Shown one piece after another: positions 55,539 through 64,000 of a DNA stretch of 64,000 bases. A program made the position numbers and the translations under genes. The stretch's first letter is position 1. The number at the start of each line of letters is the position of its first letter. The stretch comes from Octopus sinensis. Taxonomy: Eukaryota. The notes under the pieces are model-generated. The model was not told where the DNA came from and did not search any database. It saw nothing but the letters and a program-made list of their open reading frames with translations. The DNA lies in assembly GCF_006345805.1 (NCBI RefSeq), contig NC_043010.1, forward strand, positions 8,990,001 to 9,054,000, in the 5' to 3' direction.

Positions 55539-56029
55539 AATAGTAATATTAATAATCCTTTCTTTCATAGGCAAGGGTCTGAAATTTTGCAAGGAGAGGC
55601 TAGTTTACAAGTTTTCAAATTGAAATCAATTCAGAGGAAAGATAAAATTTTGAATCAGCCTCACTTCTTGATAAGTAATTTATTTTATTGACTCTTGATG
55701 GATGAAAGGCAAAGCTGGTTACAGCAGGTTTTGAACCCAGTATGTGAAGAACTATAACTTAACTATCACCTAATACTCTCTATTTATTATGTCAATTTTC
55801 TCCCTTTAGTTACAAGGCTGTGCATTTTAGAGGAAAGAATATGGTTGATTAAATCAATTTTAGAGTGTGACTGGCCTTCAGACAGCAAAAGCATGAGATT
55901 CAAAGTCAACCTATGTTGGGATTAGAAATCCAAACGTATAAAGAAATAACCAAACACCACATGGTATTTAGACTATACTATTTCGGTAATCCCATCTCAT
56001 AGTAATAGCAATAGCAACATCAATAATAA

Positions 56030-56118
56030 TGATGATGATAATCATAGTAGTAGTAGTAGTAGCAGCAGCAGCAGTGGTAGTGGTAGTAGTAGTAGTAGCA
56101 GCAGCAGTAGTGGTAGTG

Positions 56119-56180
<62 letters not shown>

Positions 56181-56187
56181 GGTAGTG

Positions 56188-56231
<44 letters not shown>

Positions 56232-56470
56232 GGTAGTAGTAGTAGTAGTAGTGGTGGTAGTAGTAGTAGTGGTGGTGGTAGTGGTAGTAATAGTAGTAGT
56301 GGTGGTAGTAATAGTAGTAGTGGTAGTGGTAGTAGTAGTAGTATTAGTAGTAGTAGTAGTGGCAGTGGTAGTGGCAGTGGTAGTGGTAGTAGTAGTAGTA
56401 GTGGTAGTGGTAGTAGTAGTAGTAGTAGTAGTAGTAGCAGCAGCAGCAGCAGCAGTAGCTGTAGCAGTAA
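56030..56470. repeat. (GTA)/(GCA)/(GTG) trinucleotide mosaic
   Basis: Directly visible. Confidence 0.96.
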
Positions 56471-57490
56471 TGGATTAGTGCACCAAAGCAACATTTTGGA
56501 CAGGGAAAACTCATTTCTACATCTATTATGCTAAATGACAACGGTATTATCAAAGAATTCGACCAAGATGGAGCACACGAATATCTGGGAATAAATTATG
56601 GGAAAGAGATCCAACACAGTGCCATGAAGGAAAAAAATCAGGAAAGAATATTATGGGAGAATAAGACTGATTATGAAAACAGAACTGAATTCCCAGAATA
56701 GAATTCAAGCCATTAATTCACTTGCTGTCCCAGTACAGAATAGTTATAATATAATTAACTGGAATATAAAATTAACTGGAATAGAAAACTAATGACAGCA
56801 AACAGGATGTATCATCCAAAAGTTGATGTTCATAGAATCTATGTTCCCTGAAAAGAGGGTGGTAGAGGTCTCATCCAGCTAGAATTATCCTAGAAGACCA
56901 CCACAATAGGAGTTAATTCATACATCCAGGACAACTACGACTGGATGATGCAGTTGGAAAATCAACATGAAGGGAACAAAAAGCTACATTTTTGTCATTA
57001 AAGAGGCACAGAAGTATAAAAGAGAACTAGACTTAGATGTAAATGATAATGCCAAAGCTGTAATAGCAACTGAAGCAGCAAAACGCAACAAACAAAAAGC
57101 TAAAAGAGAAGGCCTGAAAAAGCTTATAAACAAATGGCAAGAGAAACCACTCCATGGTCAATATCCCAAATAAACAAAAGAAGCAGATTCAGATAAAGAA
57201 GGAATGCATCAGTGATTGTGTAGTTCAGGTTGAAAGGCAGAAACTGAAGGTTTTATAATGGCATCTCAGTATTAATCTCTACTCACAGCAAACGTTGTCC
57301 ACAATGGTGTTGACAAAAACTGTAGATTATGTGATAATGGTATTGAAATCATTGACCAACATCGTGGCTGGATGCGCTAAAGTTGCAATAACCAAGTACA
57401 AGCCTAGACATGACCAAATAGGGAAGCACCTACATTGGAACATCTGTTGTCATTGACATTCCCCTTCCTAAAAATGGTATGAACACCAAA
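56470..57490 (+). mobile_element. R4/Dong-like (RLE) LINE fragment: RT C-terminus, thumb and CCHC region
   Basis: Frameshifted KATFWTGKL...IKEFDQDGAHEYLGI...KEYYGRIRLIMKTELNSQNRIQAINSLAVPV...HPKVDVHRIYVP*KEGGRGLIQLE...KWQEKPLHGQYP...AETEGFIMA...DKNCRLC...HWNIC. Confidence 0.88.
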
Positions 57491-57808
57491 CAAAAAGGAT
57501 GAAATGCAAAGTCAACCATGGTAGAATTTGAACCCAAAATGTGATGAACAAAATGCCGCCAAGCAGTTTGCCAAATATGCTGAAAGTTTTGCCGGCTTGC
57601 CAGGCACAAGGTCTGAAATGTTTGGGAAATGAACACAAGACGAGCAATTTTATTGGGGGGGGGGTCAATCACATTGACCACAGTGCTCCCACTAGTTCTC
57701 ATTTTGCTGACCCCAAAAGGATGAAAGGCGAAGTAGAATTTGAGCTCAGAATGTAAAGAACTAGAAGAGATGCCACTAAGCATTTTGTCCAGTTCAGTGA
57801 TGATTAAT

Positions 57809-57864
<56 letters not shown>

Positions 57865-57865
57865 T

Positions 57866-58560
57866 AATTTCTGTATTGGCCACAATGGTCAAACACAAAC
57901 ACAAATAGGGGCAATGCAAAACAAGGGACATGTGGGGTTTAATACAAAAATCAAGTGAACAATAAAATAACAAGGACAATTAACCAGAAAGTTCTAACAA
58001 CTGAAATCCCCAACTGGTGGAGTTCCACCCAGGGCCAACCAAAGCACCCCACACATCCTGGTCACCCTGACCACCAAGATCACCTCAGACAGGCACCTCT
58101 TCCTCTAAACCACTCCAGCCTTCAAGCGAATGTTCAGAGTAGGCCCATTCACATCGGCCATTTTCACCTCATTCACCCACCTGTTAACAAAATTATTGGG
58201 GAGCAGTACTTCCATCTCCGCCCTCATTTTCCTATTTCTTTACTACCCACAAGGGGCTAAACCACCCTCATTTTCCTTTCCAAGTGGAACTTGAAAAAAG
58301 TCGATGAGGTTCTGACTGAAGGGAAAAGTATCTGTCTTCAATCCTTTCAGCTTCGTCCACCACACTACCTCTTTCACTATAGCCACCAGGCAGAGGAAAA
58401 CTTCCTTTCCCTCTCGACCTAAAGACGGCAGCAGTGTGATCCTCACGATGGACTCAGCAGATAGCCAGATCCGTCCAACACACATCAACAGCTGTTCAAC
58501 AAAGCTCCACAAGTCTGCAATGCCTAGACACTGAACGAGTGCATCCAAAAGGATGACCAG
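57866..58560 (-). mobile_element. Second Tx1-like LINE 3' fragment
   Basis: DALVQCLGIADLWSFVEQLL...GKEVFLCLVAIVKEVVWWTKLKGL... is homologous to the 51.2-51.4 kb peptide. Its 3' end abuts (AAT)n at 57809-57866. Confidence 0.75.
58234..58264 (-). mobile_element. 31-nt family B SINE tail insertion with a 13-bp TSD
   Basis: ccctcattttcct occurs at 58221-58233 and 58265-58277. The reverse complement of the insert, tggtttagccccttgtgggtagtaaagaaat, is the SINE B tail. Confidence 0.88.
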
Positions 58561-58934
58561 TTGACCTTGATGGGATTTTGAAAGCAGAGCATAAAACTTC
58601 AGGATCAGTTCAGCAACGAAGTTTCACCAATGTTCTAACAATACTGTCAGCTCCTCACCTGTTCATTTAATATCTGTATTTGCATGTTGGCATGAGTTGA
58701 ATGGGTGTTTATCTGAGACATGATTTTACAGCCAGATTTTCTTGGTGTCATGAACTTTTACCAGTTTTGCAAGAATGGGATTTTGCATTCTATGTGTTTT
58801 CATTATGCTAACCAACCATTAATGTTAGCAAGGAATGTAAACATTATATCGCTATTTTGGTTAGAGAGACACAAGTGAAACTATGGAATGTAAGCAGACA
58901 CACACACAAACACACACACATACGCATACATATA

Positions 58935-59130
58935 ACGGGAAGCTTTATGAAAATAAACAAAAGACGAAGGCAGGTACAATTGTATTAGTATAGCGCTCAG
59001 GAATAGAAATAGAAAAAGTCTTTTACGTTTCGAGCCTACGCTCTTCAACAGAAAGATACACAGAAAAGAAACCCGGAGAGAAACAAGGAGAGAAAAAAAT
59101 GCGTGCAGAAGCTAGCGATTCAACATGGCG
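58935..59130 (-). mobile_element. Penelope-like element terminal fragment
   Basis: The minus strand has a CT-rich segment, a hammerhead-like motif, then ttcctgagcgctatactaatac, sharing the layout of 36965-37170. Confidence 0.65.
59019..59056 (-). ncRNA. Minimal type I hammerhead-like motif (A6U variant)
   Basis: UCUUU-CUGUUGA-A-GAGC(GUAG)GCUC-GAAAC-GUA-AAAGA: 5-bp stem I, 4-bp stem II, palindromic ACGU helix III and a GUA cleavage triplet. Confidence 0.6.
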
Positions 59131-59879
59131 ATACATACATATATGCACAAACATACACACATGCACACACACATACACATGTGTATGTGCGTGTGCACAC
59201 ACACACACACACACAAACACATAAACATATAAGGCATGCTTCTGCATAGTTTCCATGTAACAATTCGTGTATGAAATATTTGTCAGCTCAAGGCTCTTTG
59301 TAGAAGACAATTGCCCATGTTGATATAATGTAAAGCTGAAACTGAAATGATGATGTTGATGATGTTGATGATGATGATAAGTTTAAAGCAATAGTCACTA
59401 ACATTAATACAAGGTAGCATATTTTTTTGTTCACTGTAAAGAACTGATACCAGTTCAAATTTGCTGGCAGAATCGTGAGTGCACCAGGCAAAATGCCTAG
59501 TGGCATTTTGTCCATCTACACATTCTGAGTTCAATGCAGCTGAGGTTGACATTACCTTTGGTCATTTTGGTGTCAATAAAATAAGTAACAGTTGAGCATT
59601 AGGGTTGATGTAAAGAACTAGCCTCTACCCACCAAATTTCAGGCCTCATGGTTATAGTAGAAAGGATCATTATTATGGCTATCAGTTGAGAAAGCCATAC
59701 TTGACCTTAGCTCCATATTTTGTTTTTGAAAATCGTCAGTTTTCACTGGTAAATTGTGTTGCTTTCCTGTCGCTTTTACACAGGTTGGAGAATACAAGAT
59801 CCTTCTTCTGCTGGTGAGTTCCTTTTTTATTAAAAGTCCCCCTATGACTATGATTTCACTTGGCTTGTTGTGTTTTCTC

Positions 59880-60190
59880 AAGTGCAGTAAATCGTCAAAA
59901 GTCTTGATCTCTTTTCAACTCTGCAGCACTCAATATCTGAAAAGCATGCTACATCATCTCATCCTATGTTTCCTGGTTCTACTTCTTCCACAGGTTCCCT
60001 CCACAGAGATCAGCACTTCTTTATGCAGCTGTCCTCATCCATATGCATCACATAACCATACCAGTGCAGCCTTCTCTCTTGCTCACCACATCTGATGCCT
60101 TTTATGCCCGATTTTTCTTTCAAGATGTTTATACTCCGTTGTATGTGCACACTGACATTCTATATCGAACAAAGCATGTTAGCTTCATTT
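59880..60190 (-). mobile_element. RTE-clade LINE 3' fragment, decayed
   Basis: Frameshifted ...GIKGIRCGEQERRLHWYGYVMHMDEDSCIKKC...EGTCGRSRTRKT..., typical of the RTE C-terminal 'RRLRW.GHV.RM...G...RGRPRK.W'. Confidence 0.75.
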
Positions 60191-62437
60191 CTTTCAAGAA
60201 TATAACTACAAGAAAGCATTCCTAAAATGGGTGGGAGGTAGCTAATTATAGCAAAGTAGGGCACCTATAAAATACCTCAGTTTAACCCTCATACATCAAT
60301 GTCAGATACCTTCTCGAAGTTCTTGCTGAACCAGCAGAGACAAGAATGGAGGCCTCTATTTGATAGATCAAACTGCTAGAAAGAGCAGCTAAGTCTCTCC
60401 CAACATTTTAGAAAAGAACACATTGGAGAATGCAATCCTATATCCCACATACAGCGTTAGAATGGGTTTGGCAAGAACGTCTTTGGTTTTGGATCTGCTC
60501 AGTCATTATCAGAGCTGGTCTCAAGCTCAGTAACAATAAAACTGCAACAGGAACAAGGCCACAAATTTATGGGAGAAGTTAGTCAATTGTATCAATTCCA
60601 GTATTTGAACGGTACTTTTTTTTACCAACTGTGGAAGGATGAAATGCAAAGTTGGCCTTTACAGGATTTGAACTCATAATGATAAAGACAATAAAATGTT
60701 CTGTTATGAACCAATGAACAAACCACATATCCGCACACACTGTAAAATATTGCAGCCAAATATCCCTCAGAACTAACCCTTCTCTCTTAAAAATAAAAAC
60801 GAAGGACATATAAGATGATATAGTAGTCTTAGATTCACAAAAACTCGAGAAAAGAAATGGAACAGTCAGGTTAGAATGTGCATTAATCCCTCATGTTTGT
60901 TTAATCAGGGCTTACTTGGGGCTACACAACAACAGCTAGGAGAATTATAAAAAATTCATCAATTTGACAATAAAAATATTTTCCTTCGTGGATGTGTCTG
61001 AGTGTGCTGTGTGTGTATGTGTGTATGTGTGTATATGTATCTGTATCTGTGTATGTTCTGTGTGTGCCTCATTTGTCCATTTTGTTTTGGGAAAATATCA
61101 GTTTGATGAGAAATAACGGGTGAAAAAAAAACAAAAAAAAAAACTGATATTTATTCAGTTCACCAATCAAGTGGTCACATTGCTGGCTAGAGAAATTAAT
61201 TTTCAAAAGTGGAACTTTTTATTTGAAAAAATTAATCATTAGCTTTCATGGCAAGTTACAATTGATTTCTTTATTAATATCATCATGCTCATCACAATCA
61301 CAATCATCATCATCATCATAATTATTATTATTATTATTATTGTTGTTATATGGTTGTTGTTGTTGTTATAAATATTATTAATAAATCAATTGCTTGTTTT
61401 TTGCTCTTTTATTAAAGCATTCCCCTTCACTGTATCAATTTTTATAAAGTTATCATTAAGTTGGCAAATTGTTTGCTCGGCGTTTTTTGTCATCAGTGGG
61501 GTTGTTTTTTTTGGATTTTTTTTTTGCTGAGGCAGAGGTATGGATGATGGTTGGGAAAGCAGCATCAGGGAGAGGAAGGAAGGTGAGTGCAGCAGAGGTG
61601 AGGTGCAGAAACAGTGAGAGCGAGAATGCGGTGCATGAGAAAGGAGAGAGCAGGGGATTGAGCGGTGCTTGTGCATGTTTTGTGTGCTTTTTAAAAATAA
61701 TATTTTTTCCTTTTCAGTATTTTAAAATTTCTTTGTTTCCTTTTAATTCTTTTTCTTTAATTCTTGTTTTTTTTTTTCTTTGCATTTTTAAAAAAAAAAA
61801 CATTTTTTTTTCAAAATGCATTTATTTATTTTTTTTGCAAAAAAATGTATTTATGTTCACTTTTTCCTCCTCCCCTTTCTCCTCTTGTACACCTTCCCTC
61901 TACCCCCCCCCCCACCACCACCACCCTCACTGCCTGTTAAAATTGTCAACTAATTAAAGAACTAGTGATGTACTTTAATATAACTAATTGGTACCTGGAA
62001 TCAATTATATTCACTGTAATTAAATTAAGTGTGACTACTTTTATCTATCAATTTATTCTATTGCATGTGTGTACATGTGTGTGTGTGTGTAGTGTATGTA
62101 TGTAGTGTGTGTGTGTGTGTTTATATATGGGATTATTTGTGTGTAGGAAGTTGTGAATGTGCTTGTGTATATATAGGAATGTGTGTGTTTACATGTGAAA
62201 TTGCTTGTGTGTTTACTTGTGTACGTATAGGTGTATGTGTGTGTTTATACGTGAACTTATCTGTGTGGTTGAGGTTGTGTGCATGCTTATGTATGTATGT
62301 ATGTATGTGTATGTATGTATGTATGTGTATGTATGTTTGTGTATGTATGTATGTGTATGTATGTATGTATGTGTATGTATGTATGTATGTGTATGTATGT
62401 ATGTGTATGTATGTGTATGTATGTATGTGTATGTATG

Positions 62438-62469
<32 letters not shown>

Positions 62470-62800
62470 TGTATGTATATATGTATGTATAGGTGTATGT
62501 GTATATGTGAGCTTGTTTATGTGTAGGAGGTTGTGTGTACATGTTGTAAGCATAGGTGTATGTGTTCATGTGAATTTCCTTGTGTGTATTAGGTTGTGTA
62601 TAGATGTGTGTGCATACAGATGTGTGTGCATATGTGAGAGTATGTGTAATTTTTGTGTGTGTGAGATTGAGTGCATGTGTCTTTTTACGTGTGGCAGTAG
62701 GCGGATGTGTATATGTATGTGTGTGTATAAATGTACTTGTTTGTGTGCATGACATTGCGTGTTTGTCTACATGTAGAGATATGTGTGTATGCGTATATGT

Positions 62801-63032
62801 AGGCGGAGAGCTGGTAGAAACGTTAGCACGCCGGGCGAAATTCGTAGCAGTATTTCGTCTGTCATTACGTTCCGAGTTCAAATTCCGCCGAGGTCGACTT
62901 TGCCTTTTATCCTTTCGGGGTCGATAAATTAAGTACCAGTTACGCACTGGGGTCGATATAATCGACTTAATCCCTTTGTCTGTCCTTGTTTGTCCACTCT
63001 GTGTTTAGCCCCTTGTGGGTAGTAAAGAAATA
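62801..63032 (+). mobile_element. Family B SINE, young full-length copy
   Basis: aggcggagagctggtagaaacgttagcacgccgggcgaaa...ttccgagttcaaattccgccgagg...gtgggtagtaaagaaata; CpGs are retained. Confidence 0.93.
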
Positions 63033-63368
63033 TATATGTATGCTAGTGTTTAAGAAGCTGTGTACATATGTATGTGTTTGTATATGTATGGGTGTATGTG
63101 TATATGTGTACTTGCTTGTGTGTGTGTATTATCTGTTTATGCATGAGGTTCTCTGTGCTTCTTTATGTGAAGGTGTATGAGTGAGTGCATATGTTTACAT
63201 GTAGATTTGTCTCTGTGTGCATATATATGCAGCTGTATGTGGCTGTGCATGTGTAAGTGTATGAGTGTTGCTACATTTATGTGTGTGTGCCTTTGTGTAT
63301 GCGTGCACAAGTGTGTACTTGTTTGTGTGTATGAGTGTATGTTTGTGTATATGTGGCTGTATGTGTAC

Positions 63369-63600
63369 AAGGCGACGAGCTGGCAGAAACGTTAGCATGC
63401 TGGGCGAAATGCTTAGCGGTATTTCGTCTGCGCTACGTTGTGAGTTCAAATTCTGCCGAGGTCGACTTTGCCTTTCATTCTTTCGGGGTCGATAAATTAA
63501 GTACCAGTTACGCACTGGGGTCGATGTAATCGACTTAATCTCTTTGTCTGTCCTTGTTTGTCCCCTCTGTGTTTAGCCCCTTGTGGGTAATAAAGAAATA
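63369..63600 (+). mobile_element. Family B SINE, young full-length copy
   Basis: Homologous to 62801-63032 and 574-808. Confidence 0.93.
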
Positions 63601-64000
63601 TGTATGTGTACATATGAGCTTGTTTGAATGTATGAGGTTGTGTGTACATGTGTATGAGTGTGCATATATGTGTTCATATATGTGTTTGTTGATGTATGCA
63701 TGTGTGTGTTTGTGATAGTGTGTGTGTTTATATGTGAGTGCTTGTGTCTATGTGTTTGTGTGTATGCCTATGTGTGCGCACATACATCTGTGTGTGTGTG
63801 TGTTTGTTTCATTTGATTTGGTGGAGGTCGATAAGCAGCCAGCAGAGTGTATGTCAGTATGAGTGTGTATGTAGGTGTGTGTATGTAGGTATGTGTGGGT
63901 GCATGCGCGCGCGCGTGTGTGTGTGTGTGTGTGTTAGTATGTGTAGGTGGGTGTGTACATGTTTGCGTGCACATTTATACCTGTGTGTGCTTGTGTAATT

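Larger units (their letters stand above)
62060..64000. repeat. Degenerate GT/GTAT-rich low-complexity region hosting two SINEs
   Basis: Strong G+T skew on the plus strand. Confidence 0.9.

Noticed and set aside
57955-58260. 101-aa plus-strand ORF with natural-looking composition
   Set aside because: It is antisense to the Tx1-like ORF end and 3' UTR and includes the inserted SINE tail.
61500-61680. GC-richer island with a 162-aa plus-strand ORF
   Set aside because: The ORF runs through poly-T tracts with low-complexity F/L content and has no domain or clear splice structure.

Overview
This is AT-rich eukaryotic genomic DNA dominated by microsatellites and transposable-element remnants. The SINE families and repeat style look like an octopus (coleoid cephalopod) genome; that assignment is inferred from recognised repeat sequences, not from a search. 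I found no protein-coding gene I can name. Nearly all ORFs in the track are translated microsatellites or decayed TE fragments. Identifiable content: at least four SINE families, LINE fragments from four clades (RTE, CR1/L2-like, Tx1-like, R4/Dong-like with RLE), two Penelope-like ends carrying minimal hammerhead-like motifs, a hAT remnant, a non-autonomous Helitron, Tc1/mariner and Tigger-type MITEs, two fold-back elements, a 100-N scaffold gap, and several microsatellite-bounded tandem duplications that are probably long-read assembly artefacts. The most notable observations are (i) two variant hammerhead ribozyme motifs with covarying stems, (ii) a non-TE-like ~350 bp element duplicated 44.25 kb apart with a 100-nt identical core, a hairpin, a splice acceptor and AATAAA, (iii) an orientation-biased cluster of retroelements anchored on (AAT)n arrays at 50.5-58 kb, and (iv) scattered small exon-like segments that hint at a long-intron transcript. 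I cannot support a genuinely new biological system from the sequence alone.
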